Part shown: piece after piece, positions 42,893 through 52,690 of the stretch
How positions within the stretch are numbered: the first letter of the stretch is position 1
Layout: every line of letters begins with the position of its first letter
NCBI GenBank assembly: GCA_963733055.1
Contig: CAVTBR010000001.1
Location: 1,376,001 to 1,440,000 of the forward strand
Reading direction: 5' to 3'
Source of the DNA: Candidatus Bathyarchaeota archaeon
GTDB taxonomy: Archaea; Thermoproteota; Bathyarchaeia; 40CM-2-53-6
Length of the DNA stretch: 64,000 nt
The notes under the pieces: generated by a model
What the model was told of the DNA's origin: nothing
Databases searched by the model: none
Seen by the model: only the letters and a program-made list of their open reading frames with translations
Made by a program: the position numbers and the translations under genes

Positions 42893-43201
42893 TTAAACTT
42901 GAACGTATACGCTTGTCCCTTCCACCTTCAACCCATACGTCTTTAGAGGCACGGTGGCCGGTGCGTTTTGCACCTCTCCCGTTGTTACATCAAAGCGCGA
43001 GAGATGGAGGGGACAGGTTACCACGGAGCCGATTAGGAAACCGGTGGAGAGGTCCGCTGTCTCATGTGTACATACTCTGTCAGTGGCGAATAATTTCCCA
43101 TCCACATTAACGATCATAATCTTCTTGTCGCCCAGATCCACGGCATGCATTGACCCTGGCGGTACGTCGGAAAGTTCACATGCCTTCACATAGCCATTCA
43201 A
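42893..43201 (-). CDS. Rieske-type [2Fe-2S] ferredoxin
   Basis: CTH...CPLH...FDVTTG. Confidence 0.92.
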   Translation of the reverse strand: MNGYVKACELSDVPPGSMHAVDLGDKKIMIVNVDGKLFATDRVCTHETADLSTGFLIGSVVTCPLHLSRFDVTTGEVQNAPATVPLKTYGLKVEGTSVYVQV

Positions 43202-43220
43202 ACTAGACAGCCCGCTCTAG

Positions 43221-44042
43221 TCAGAGTCGCCTGCACGGAATGTCTGCGGTATTGCGAGATTGTTGGAGAACAGGGATCGTCTCTCTCGCCTTCGCTATCA
43301 AGTCGTTATCAATTTCATAGCGTCCCATTCGGTTTCCGTATCCTAAATCGAGCACCTTAACTCCGAACGGGTTGGCTACGATGCTTCTACCAACGAAATT
43401 CTCATTGGCGTTTCCAACCCCGACTACGAAGCTTGTATTCTCGGCGGCGCGTGCCATCAGGTAGGTTTGCCATTGCTCCTCCTTTAGTGGGCCGCGGAAC
43501 CAAGCGGCTGGAACTACTATTACCGTCGCGCCGGACATAGCCTCTTTCTTCACGAGTTCGGGAAAGCGAAGGTCGTAGCAAGTAATGACGCCGAATGTAG
43601 TATTGCCGACATTGGCGAGAATCAATTCCGATCCTGACGCGAAAAAGTCTGACTCCTTAAAGCCGAACACGTCGAACAAGTGGATCTTCCTATAGCCGCC
43701 CAATACCTTTCCGCGGTCAATGATGACCGCCGTGTTGAATATCGATGCGCTTGCCTTCTCAAAGGTCGGCAACACGACAGCGACTTGGTTTTCCTTACTC
43801 TTCTCCGCGACGCTCTTGACGAATTCTCCATCTAACGGTTCGGCAAGGTCGGCTACGTAGTTTCGGGTTAGGGTTCCCTTCGGGTAACCCATACTGTATT
43901 CCGGGAAGACCACTAAATCGCAATCTTTCCCAATTTCCTCAAGAGAACGAATTACGTGAGCGAGGTTCTCGGTCTTCGAAGACGTTACCTCCAGCTGTAC
44001 GAGCCCGACTCTAAGCGATCGCGTACCCACGAGTAGCACCAA
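43221..44042 (-). CDS. Carbon-nitrogen hydrolase (nitrilase superfamily, Nit1-like)
   Basis: FPE, YRKIHLFD, CYDLRFPE catalytic triad, ARAAEN. Confidence 0.92.
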   Translation of the reverse strand: MVLLVGTRSLRVGLVQLEVTSSKTENLAHVIRSLEEIGKDCDLVVFPEYSMGYPKGTLTRNYVADLAEPLDGEFVKSVAEKSKENQVAVVLPTFEKASASIFNTAVIIDRGKVLGGYRKIHLFDVFGFKESDFFASGSELILANVGNTTFGVITCYDLRFPELVKKEAMSGATVIVVPAAWFRGPLKEEQWQTYLMARAAENTSFVVGVGNANENFVGRSIVANPFGVKVLDLGYGNRMGRYEIDNDLIAKARETIPVLQQSRNTADIPCRRL

Positions 44043-44367
44043 GAGCGCATTAGCTGATTAATCCGCATAAGTCTTTAACTCAATCAACTCGCTTGCACCA
44101 GATTCTACCTTCGCTTGTCTGGACGTGACGGGTAATCGGTTAACTGGTTGGGTATCAAGAATCGACGGTCAAGAGCCGGTCTGGAGAACCGGCTCCAGCA
44201 TCATATGATCGAATCCTCTCGCTCTCACAAAGCAATGCTATGACGGCTCCAGTAATCGCGTCGGAATGAGGTTCGGTTCCGAAATCCGCGAATCACACGT
44301 AACCAGAGTCGCTCGCCCAACCATTGCCACACCTAAAATGTTTGCTTCAACAAGAGATCGATTCGGC

Positions 44368-45510
44368 TTATTTCAAGTCAGTGACGCTTTCGCTCATTTT
44401 GGGTAGAAAGAGAGCTAGGAAGCCTCCGATAAGCGCGAATCCCGCGACGATCTCGAACGCGTGGGTTAAACCGAGACTATCAGCTAACGCTCCGAAGCCC
44501 AGGGCGGCTATGCCTCCGATTCCCACGTAAAAGCCGAGCATGAACCCCGAAACGGCTCCAATGTTGCTTGGGGCGGCCTCTGAAGCCATCACCACAATCA
44601 CTGACCAGCTGGCGTACAATACGGCGCCGGACAGGGCTAGGAGAATTAGCGATGTGACTCCGTTCGTTAGAAGAAAACCGTAGAACATTATCGCGCCGAG
44701 CAGGAGGGAGACTACTATTATTGGCTTCCTACCGACACGGTCAGAAAGGTAACCGCCTCCAAGTTGCCCCAGTACCCCCACCCCAAGCCAGACCGACGCA
44801 ATCGTAGTTGCTAGCAGGAGCGAGTCACCTCGTACCACAAAGTACAGTGGAAGGAAAGTGACCACGGTTTGCAGAGTTACGGAGCGAAGGGCAGTAATGC
44901 TAGCTAGTAGGCTCAGCATCCGCCTATCCGCAGGAGACCGCTGCCTCAAACTCTTCTCTTCAACCTTCCTAGGGTTGATCTTCGCTTTGAAGAGAACAAA
45001 TGCAACTACCAAACCAACCGGAAGCAATAGCACCATCCCCCGCAGACCGAACGCAGTGCCCAATGCGCCGGCGACGAAGGGGCCGAGAAAGAAGCCGGTG
45101 TTTCCCGCTGAGAGAAAGATGCCCATGTCCTTACCCCGCGATGAGCTGCCCGACTTCACGACAGCTGAAAACGCTGGAGGGTGGAACGACGCCGTCCCGA
45201 GCCCGGCGGATCCAACGAAAAATAGCAGCAGGACGTAGCTTGAAGAAAAACCGAGCAAGCTCATACCTACGCAGTTCAATGCCAACCCCGCCTCCATGAG
45301 CCATGCGATGTGAGAGCGGTCGAACCAGTGACCGAACAGGGGCTGCATTATGGAGGAGGTGACGTTGAAGACCATCGCGACAACCCCCGCGAGCAGATAC
45401 GAGAGACCGAACAGGCTAGTGATTATTGGTAGCAGGCCCGAGAGGCTGTTGGAGAAGAGATCATTAACTCCATGACCCAACGCCAATAGGGATGAAGTTG
45501 AAAGTTTCAA
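44368..45510 (-). CDS. MFS transporter (Fsr-like)
   Basis: GHGVND, QPLFGHWFDR, FHPPA, GGYLSDRVGRK. Confidence 0.9.
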   Translation of the reverse strand: MKLSTSSLLALGHGVNDLFSNSLSGLLPIITSLFGLSYLLAGVVAMVFNVTSSIMQPLFGHWFDRSHIAWLMEAGLALNCVGMSLLGFSSSYVLLLFFVGSAGLGTASFHPPAFSAVVKSGSSSRGKDMGIFLSAGNTGFFLGPFVAGALGTAFGLRGMVLLLPVGLVVAFVLFKAKINPRKVEEKSLRQRSPADRRMLSLLASITALRSVTLQTVVTFLPLYFVVRGDSLLLATTIASVWLGVGVLGQLGGGYLSDRVGRKPIIVVSLLLGAIMFYGFLLTNGVTSLILLALSGAVLYASWSVIVVMASEAAPSNIGAVSGFMLGFYVGIGGIAALGFGALADSLGLTHAFEIVAGFALIGGFLALFLPKMSESVTDLK

Positions 45511-45649
45511 GACTCTAAACCTACGACCTGAATCGCGAACCGTAAACCGTTACCGGGAAGTGAAGCTTGCAACTCACCAGCAGATATAAGTGGCGAGGTC
45601 CAGCAGACCTGCTGAACGACCAGATCAAGACAACGCTCACGGGTTAGCC

Positions 45650-45980
45650 ATGCGAAAAGTGCTCTTTGTTTGTACAGCAAATCTCCAGCGTAGCCCGACG
45701 GGCGAGAAAATCCTTCCAAGGCTGGAAAGGAGTTTGGGAAGCAAAATCTGCTGGAATTACACCAGAATCTTCAGGAAAGCTGTTGACGCAGGAGCTTGTG
45801 GATTGGGCTGATCTAATCTTAGTCATGGAATCGATCCACGGCGACTACATACGCTCGCACTTTCAATGCAACCAAGACAAGATACGCACCCTGAACATAC
45901 CGGATAGATACTTCCGGGACGACCCCGAACTCATAGCTGTACTACGGAAGAAGGTCCCACCACTTCTAGACGAAATCTAA
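45650..45980 (+). CDS. Low-molecular-weight protein tyrosine phosphatase-like protein; apparent 1-nt insertion near 45712
   Basis: VLFVCTANLQRS P-loop in one frame; SAG, WADLILVME, LNIPD in the next. Confidence 0.85.
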
Positions 45981-46012
45981 CGCCCGACGATGATTTATCA
46001 TTCTTTGTAGGG

Positions 46013-46489
46013 TCAAGTGGATCGAATTGTCAACGCGTAGCGATAGAAGACCTCATCACGCTTGTACCCCAATTTCTCGTATAACTTCTGGGCGGTGAAG
46101 TTGTCCGTAGCTGTCTCGAGGAGAAGAGCATCGGCGTCTGTTTCCTCCGCGAGCTGACGTGCACGATTCATTAAAGCCTCACCGACTCCTTGGCGGCGGG
46201 CTTCGGGAACCACGAAGAGATCGGACAGTATCCATTGCCGCCGAAGGGTTAGGGATGAGAAAGTTGGGTATAGATGCACCAAACCCACCAGTTTCCCCTG
46301 TCGCTCGCCGTCCGAGATAGCCAAGAAAAGCACAGACTCATTATTCTTTAGCCGTCGCTTCAAGAAGGTACGGGCACCTTTCGGGTCAGGTTTTTTCTTG
46401 TAAAACTGTCTATAAGCATCAAAGAGGGGAGCGGCCAGTGGTGAGAGTCTCGCGTTTGCTTTAATGATTCTCAGGTTTTCGTTGGGCAT
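46013..46489 (-). CDS. GNAT family N-acetyltransferase
   Basis: FDAYRQFY, LYPTFSS, DLFVVPEARRQGVG, AQKLYEKLGY. Confidence 0.9.
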   Translation of the reverse strand: MPNENLRIIKANARLSPLAAPLFDAYRQFYKKKPDPKGARTFLKRRLKNNESVLFLAISDGERQGKLVGLVHLYPTFSSLTLRRQWILSDLFVVPEARRQGVGEALMNRARQLAEETDADALLLETATDNFTAQKLYEKLGYKRDEVFYRYALTIRST

Positions 46490-46624
46490 GGACTGGTCTA
46501 GGGGGTTGGAGATAGAAAAGGTCACACTTCGGAAGTTGTCATCAACCATTTTTGGTGCGTTCGGGTTGGTCTGAGTGTTTCTGGTCTGCAGTAAGGAATA
46601 AGGCAGATGCGGAGTCATGCTAGG

Positions 46625-46819
46625 TTAGTTTAGTTCCGGATGCTTCTTCGTGTATCGGCAACCGCAGACTGCACATCGCTGAAATCTTGAGTGAAATTGC
46701 AGCAAATGATGACAAACATCACAGCACGATTCTCGATGAACCGTCCAATGATGCTCATGCAGCTGACCGTTTGAAGGAAATACCTTAACGGGTTCGCACA
46801 GCTTACAATAGTGGCTCAT
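46625..46819 (-). CDS. Small Cys/His-rich putative zinc-finger protein
   Basis: CxxC...HxxxxH C2H2-like motif, then CDVC and CAVC. Confidence 0.5.
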   Translation of the reverse strand: MSHYCKLCEPVKVFPSNGQLHEHHWTVHRESCCDVCHHLLQFHSRFQRCAVCGCRYTKKHPELN

Positions 46820-46864
46820 TGAGTGACTACAACATGCAATACACGTCGTTACGGGGTCAAGGGT

Positions 46865-47146
46865 TTAAGTTTCGTAATGACAAACCGGCCAGTCCGGACA
46901 CCTGTAACCCTCATAGTGACGACAAGAATCACAAACGGAACAATCAGTGCACTCATACCTTTGAATTTCAGACTCGCCAACTCCCAGCACGTCTAACAGT
47001 TCAATTGCACCGCAACGCCAGCACTCAACCTGTTCTATACCCAACGGTCTTTCCCTCGAACCCATAGGCAGTATTCTTGAACGTTGATGGTATTCGTTTT
47101 CAGTGCTTACCGAGAGCGATAACCACCTATATCGTTTCAAGTCCAA
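46865..47146 (-). CDS. Small Cys-rich hypothetical protein
   Basis: CWRC, CTDC, CDSC motifs; likely start at the internal MGSRE. Confidence 0.4.
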   Translation of the reverse strand: MDLKRYRWLSLSVSTENEYHQRSRILPMGSRERPLGIEQVECWRCGAIELLDVLGVGESEIQRYECTDCSVCDSCRHYEGYRCPDWPVCHYET

Positions 47147-47387
47147 TTAGCCGCCCTTTGCCTTTTGGGATGCTAGGGGTGCTTCATGACGAGAATGATA
47201 CGCGCAAACAGAAAGCAAATGGTACGGTCGCTTGATGTCTAGGGATATTTGGCTTTGGCATCGATCTATTTCTTCCTCGGTTACTATTCAGGTATGCGCA
47301 TAGCGTTAACAGTATGAAGCCTCTTGATTGGACGAATCAGCAGGTATGCGTTCAATGATCGAACTGCTGCCGGGTGAAGTCACAGCG

Positions 47388-47501
47388 TTAAGACTGGTGT
47401 TCATCCAGAGCAAAATGGTGCGGGGGAGGGGATTCGAACCCCTGAACTGAAGCGTCCTTCGGGCGCCCCTGCGGGACAGATTCTTTGCTAATTTCTGCCA
47501 T
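47388..47501 (-). CDS. intN: N-terminal fragment of the partitioned integrase
   Basis: GGTGA RBS and ATG at 47501; MAEISKESVPQGRPKDAS runs into the att core as VQGFESPPPHHF, the same frame used by intC at the other att. Confidence 0.75.
   Translation of the reverse strand: MAEISKESVPQGRPKDASVQGFESPPPHHFALDEHQS
47411..47447 (+). repeat. att direct repeat (copy of the tRNA-Leu 3' end)
   Basis: CAAAATGGTGCGGGGGAGGGGATTCGAACCCCTGAAC is identical to 52500-52536 (37 bp). Confidence 0.95.
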
Positions 47502-47508
47502 TGTGTTG

Positions 47509-47814
47509 TCACCGCTTTTTGCCGAAGAAAAATTGTTTATCGTATTGCGGTTCAATGTCTGGATATTTTTCCTTGTAGAAATCTAGACAAGATTTCATAA
47601 CGGCTTCTTTTGAATTTGGAGTCTGCGCTTTTTTCCCCATACTATTCATGCGGCCCACCTGATAGTGGGCCCTGAACATGTTCTGTTGAATATCGCCTCG
47701 TGGGATGTGTTTGAGTTCCTCACGAACTGTTTCTCTCATTCTCGTCAACTTTTCTTGAGCTTCGAACATGGGCTTCCATTCCTTAATGTAGGTATGTATG
47801 TGGGTATGTACCAT
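47509..47814 (-). CDS. Hypothetical protein immediately upstream of intN
   Basis: 101-aa ORF whose TGA overlaps the GGTGA RBS of intN. Confidence 0.6.
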   Translation of the reverse strand: MVHTHIHTYIKEWKPMFEAQEKLTRMRETVREELKHIPRGDIQQNMFRAHYQVGRMNSMGKKAQTPNSKEAVMKSCLDFYKEKYPDIEPQYDKQFFFGKKR

Positions 47815-47926
47815 TTAAGGATTCCGTCGGGGGTCGCTAATACCCTGTAGGAGAGCCCAATTGTAATCGAGTGGACCTCTCTTCTTGATTTCAATGACAA
47901 TGTTTCGAAACCCAATTGAAAAATAA

Positions 47927-48556
47927 GTGAGGTTACCGATAGGGCAACTAGCGAATTCCTTGGACTGTATATTTCATCAAAACATGGTCATTTGGCGACA
48001 TGGGGCAGTCTGGAACGGTTTCGGTGTCTTCGGTCAAGGACGGAGGGGTAAGACAACAGTGACTTTCGAGTTTGCGCTTCAACTTCTGAAAAACGATATG
48101 CTTGATTTTAGAATATTTGACGACAACTTTCTTCTTTTCAATTCTATCATGAAACGCCCCTCAACGAGTCCCTACGGAGATTGGGGATGCGACCGAGTAG
48201 GAAGGATTACTGACTTTGAGCGGGAAGCCCGAACTAAGGGTAAGAAACTTACTGACTTCAAGCCAATAGACCAACCACAATACCCTGTGAACGACGCAAC
48301 GATATGGTTCTTGTCTCCCAGACTTGACCTACAAGAGGTTGTGCGGAATCCCTGCGGGTTTGATGCGTTCCTCGAATTGTTGGCAGCGAACCATCCCTGT
48401 CATAATGAAGAATGGCAGCCAACTTCGGAGAAACTACTTCCAAGCTTCAACGCTAGCTGGCGATATGAGCAGGTCTACTTGCAGACTTCAATTGAGATGC
48501 TAACTCTAGCTGCAAGAATGGCTTACCAAACAGTTTTTGGTAGCTCTAAAAGCTAA
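47927..48556 (+). CDS. HPr kinase-like P-loop protein
   Basis: HG...GQGRRGKTT Walker A followed by a hydrophobic strand and DD, the HprK/PEPCK arrangement. Confidence 0.6.
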   Translation: MRLPIGQLANSLDCIFHQNMVIWRHGAVWNGFGVFGQGRRGKTTVTFEFALQLLKNDMLDFRIFDDNFLLFNSIMKRPSTSPYGDWGCDRVGRITDFEREARTKGKKLTDFKPIDQPQYPVNDATIWFLSPRLDLQEVVRNPCGFDAFLELLAANHPCHNEEWQPTSEKLLPSFNASWRYEQVYLQTSIEMLTLAARMAYQTVFGSSKS

Positions 48557-48631
48557 ACATAGAGGTTGTCATGGGTTAGGTAAGGTTTCTAAGAAATTTT
48601 GGATTTAACGGAGAATTATAGGTTAGGTATT

Positions 48632-48649
48632 TTGGGCCTTTCGGCCCAA
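48632..48649. repeat. Conserved hairpin TTGGGCC-TTTC-GGCCCAA, 5 nt after a stop codon
   Basis: Perfect 7-bp stem; homologous to copies at 49248, 50715 and 51672. Confidence 0.7.
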
Positions 48650-48654
48650 CGGGT

Positions 48655-49158
48655 TTAGGTGTAGTCGTTTCGAGTTCTGCGTCTGATTACGCCGTACCCG
48701 ATTATCATGAGGATTGCCAGGACCGCTAACCCGAATGGGTATTCAGCGATTGGAGTTGAACTGACAGTGAGGTTTTCGCAGGGACTAAAGGGAGTCGCAG
48801 GTCCAGAATAGGTTCCGTCTTGGTCGAAGGCGCTATACGTGCCCTGAGAGAGTGTGGTTGATGTACTGTAGGAGCCTGCGCTGTTAGCTGTTGTCGTAAG
48901 GATTTTCAAGACGGTTGGAGAAGCGCATGATGATGGACCGTTAATGATGTCTATGATTATGGTATCTCCAGAAGTTAATGGTGGTGTGACTTGGCCAGAG
49001 AATGTTATAGTCTGTCCAGAGAGTGCAGGGTTGGGCGAAATATTAAGCGTAATTGTAGCGACAGGAGCGTATACGGGTGAAAGGAAAGTTGCTCCCATAA
49101 CTGTAAGCACCAGAATTGAAACCACCGCAACTCCAATCAACCTTAATCTCTGAACCAT
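48655..49158 (-). CDS. Ig-like surface protein with PEF-CTERM-like anchor
   Basis: Signal peptide, ISPNP...GQTITFSG Ig-like strand, C-terminal PIAEYP + TM + RRRTR. Confidence 0.8.
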   Translation of the reverse strand: MVQRLRLIGVAVVSILVLTVMGATFLSPVYAPVATITLNISPNPALSGQTITFSGQVTPPLTSGDTIIIDIINGPSSCASPTVLKILTTTANSAGSYSTSTTLSQGTYSAFDQDGTYSGPATPFSPCENLTVSSTPIAEYPFGLAVLAILMIIGYGVIRRRTRNDYT

Positions 49159-49238
49159 AAGCTCCCCAAACCACTCAACAGTGTGAGGAAGTCATATCTA
49201 TTTAACGTAACGTGTCGAGAAGCCTTATCGTGAATGTC

Positions 49239-49266
49239 CTGGAACGATTGGGCCTCGACGGCCCAA
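49239..49266. repeat. Conserved hairpin CTGGAA..TTGGGCC-TCGAC-GGCCCAA, 5 nt after a stop codon
   Basis: Perfect 7-bp stem plus CTGGAA flank shared with the other copies. Confidence 0.7.
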
Positions 49267-49271
49267 CGAAG

Positions 49272-50135
49272 TTAATGGATGTTATTTCTGGTTCGACGTC
49301 TAACTAAACCGTACCCGACTATCATGAGGATTGCTAGGATTGGTAGCCCAAGCGGATACTCAGGTATGGAAGAAGTAGGGTTGAGGGCTATACCAGCCTC
49401 AACCCACCCAGTATAGAACGTGCTGAAGAGGGTCGCTGGAAAATTTGTTGGAGAAGATACAGGGTCGGAATACTCGGCATTTGAAGGGTAGCCCGTTATA
49501 TGGAGGGGAGGAGGGGGCTGGGGGGAGAGCGTAAACCCAGCTCCAGGTGTTAACCCAGTTAGAGCCGAGCAGTTACAACCTGCTATAATTCCAAGTAGAA
49601 ACGCCCCAGGCTGGAAGCTGACCATAGTGGATGTGGAGACCGAATTACCACTCCCCACTCCACCGGTGGCCGTCGCCGCCCCGGTGGTCGTCACACCAGC
49701 CACCTCATAAACATAGACAGCGTCTTCGGCAGCACATATACCCCCGCAAGAAGGCGACGGGGGAGGTATGCTAAACTTCGCTGTAACTGTATCTGCTCCG
49801 CTCGAAGAAAGAGTAGCGATGTAAATCGCCGCATTCGCATCTTCCCCACCAGTCATCGATGCTGCTAAACTAAAAGACGAACTCAAGGTGTCAGTGATAG
49901 AAGTGACCGTGTCCTTCCATGCTACGCCTACGATTAACACGTCTCCGCTTGCAACGCTGCTTAAGGCAACCGTGACCACAGGACTTGGGGTAGGAGGATT
50001 AAAGAACGCATTACCGTTAAAGTTGAACTGAACGAGGGTGGCTGCGGCGTGAACAGGCAGCGGCGCCAAGACGAACAGAGACATGAACATAACTACCAGT
50101 ACGCCAAACCCAGCGGTTCTACGCATCACGAACAC
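49272..50135 (-). CDS. Ser/Thr/Gly-rich surface protein with PEF-CTERM-like anchor
   Basis: Signal peptide ending PVHA, beta-rich body, IPEYP + TM + RRRTR. Confidence 0.8.
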   Translation of the reverse strand: MFVMRRTAGFGVLVVMFMSLFVLAPLPVHAAATLVQFNFNGNAFFNPPTPSPVVTVALSSVASGDVLIVGVAWKDTVTSITDTLSSSFSLAASMTGGEDANAAIYIATLSSSGADTVTAKFSIPPPSPSCGGICAAEDAVYVYEVAGVTTTGAATATGGVGSGNSVSTSTMVSFQPGAFLLGIIAGCNCSALTGLTPGAGFTLSPQPPPPLHITGYPSNAEYSDPVSSPTNFPATLFSTFYTGWVEAGIALNPTSSIPEYPLGLPILAILMIVGYGLVRRRTRNNIH

Positions 50136-50284
50136 GAACCCAAGCGTAGGAGTCTGTTCCTGAAGATAATAAGACTGCTATAGTTTTCGACTGACTTGAG
50201 AAATGGGGCAGGAGTGTTCCCTTAACAAGGCGAACTTGACCATGACGTCATCAAGAATCTAATAGAATAAAGAAAAGAAAATTA

Positions 50285-50301
50285 GGGCGATTATCTCGCC
50301 C
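50285..50301 (-). terminator. GGGCGA-N5-TCGCCC hairpin followed on the minus strand by TTTTCTTTTCTTT
   Basis: Stem-loop plus pyrimidine tract; variant of the element hairpin family. Confidence 0.45.
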
Positions 50302-50704
50302 AAGGTTAGTAGCCTTACGCTACAAATTTCCTCTTGTCTAACGTTCTTGTCGTGCTCGATAGATTGGGCCTGGGAGGGTTAGACCAGGTGAACCGGCCCA
50401 ACGACGCCTCCTGCACAATATACCTACGGCCACCAGAGTCAACGTTCAAAATTACTGAACAGCCTAACCCCCCGTGCGCCTGCGCCTTGTTTTCTGGTCG
50501 CCTACGTAGGGGTGAATACGTTGCTAACATCCCCATCTAGAACACGTCGCTAAACAACTCCACTAACTCATCGTTAACAGAGCCCTAGGAGAGTCAACTG
50601 CCAGAAATACTGAATATCACAGGATACTAGACGGTAGCATTTTTCATCTCACCAACAGTTTTCACCACCCACCGTTACCCTCATGAGTTCATGTCGAAGA
50701 AAAG

Positions 50705-50730
50705 CTGGAAAGTTTGGGCCTAGCGGCCCA
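50705..50730. repeat. Conserved hairpin CTGGAA..TGGGCC-TAGC-GGCCCA, 10 nt after a stop codon
   Basis: 6-bp stem; CTGGAA and GTTAATGGAT flanks shared with the 49239 copy. Confidence 0.7.
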
Positions 50731-50740
50731 GCGTCAGTCG

Positions 50741-51589
50741 TTAATGGATTCCGAATAGGCCTCTTCTTGAAAGACGCTTCTTGGATAGTCTTGTTGCAGC
50801 AACAACTCCCACCAGGGAGCTCAGAATAACGGCAGTGTCGGAATCAAATTCTGGAAGGACCTGCTGTTTGAAAATCATCGGAAGATATGCGGAACCATTT
50901 AAGAAAGAGGTTCCATCGAAACCACCAATCCCGGCGGCGAATCCTATTTTATCTTCAATTGCGTTTTTCAACAATATTTCGTTCTTGTATTTGAATTCAA
51001 ACTGCAGATGGTCACTTGCATTAATTGGGGATGGACCGAGGAAACTAACCCAATCATAATCCTGTCCCTTAGTAAACAGTTTGAAAAATGGCGTTCCGGG
51101 TAACTGAACTTTTCCAGTAAGGTCGGTACTTTCTTCAATCCAACTGCTAAGGGATGGGCTCAGTGTTAGATTGTAAACTCCGTCAGCTCCACCCTCAAAA
51201 CTTCCAACGTTTTTTGTGTCAAATTCAAGCCCTATTAATGGAAGGTCACCAAACTTTGAATTGGGAATATCAACTGCTTGATAGGTAAATTTTGCATCTC
51301 GCTTAGTTCGAAAATGAAAAATAGGCTGAATCTGTTGATTCCATACCATAGAAGGAATTGACTGATAATCCTTCGAATCAGAGTACCATTCGTCCTTCTG
51401 AACCTGACCATCAAAAGTAACTGGGACTCGAAGCTGACCAACGTCGATTTCTGTAATTGCTGGCGATTGTCCAAGCACGTTCGGAAGCTTTGAAAACAGA
51501 AACATGCCACCCCCCGCAAAAGCCAGTTTCGATAGAGCCCGAAACGTCTCTCTTCGAGAATAGTCCATAAACTGAGATTCGATAATCAC
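50741..51589 (-). CDS. Tat-exported surface protein (CBM9/DOMON-like) with PEF-CTERM-like anchor
   Basis: SRRETF twin-arginine signal, PVTFDG...DEW motif, VLPEF + TM + basic tail. Confidence 0.72.
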   Translation of the reverse strand: MIIESQFMDYSRRETFRALSKLAFAGGGMFLFSKLPNVLGQSPAITEIDVGQLRVPVTFDGQVQKDEWYSDSKDYQSIPSMVWNQQIQPIFHFRTKRDAKFTYQAVDIPNSKFGDLPLIGLEFDTKNVGSFEGGADGVYNLTLSPSLSSWIEESTDLTGKVQLPGTPFFKLFTKGQDYDWVSFLGPSPINASDHLQFEFKYKNEILLKNAIEDKIGFAAGIGGFDGTSFLNGSAYLPMIFKQQVLPEFDSDTAVILSSLVGVVAATRLSKKRLSRRGLFGIH

Positions 51590-51651
51590 TACTTATGGTT
51601 TAGCGAACAATATACCGGCAGCATACCGTCCAATCGCCTAACGGTGGATAG

Positions 51652-52638
<987 letters not shown>

Positions 52639-52690
52639 AAACAAGCCACTCCGAATATCAACCCAATAGATTAGCGTAACGCCAGTTCGG

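Noticed and set aside
50315-50650. Short ORFs between the second and third surface genes
   Set aside because: A GGTGA-ATG start is followed quickly by stops and no frame looks protein-like; at most a decayed cargo gene
48632-50730. Hairpin repeats read as a CRISPR array or canonical integron attC sites
   Set aside because: Spacing is gene-sized and irregular, there are no cas genes, the R''-L''-L'-R' layout is missing and no IntI-specific insertion is evident in the integrase; kept only as an integron-like hypothesis
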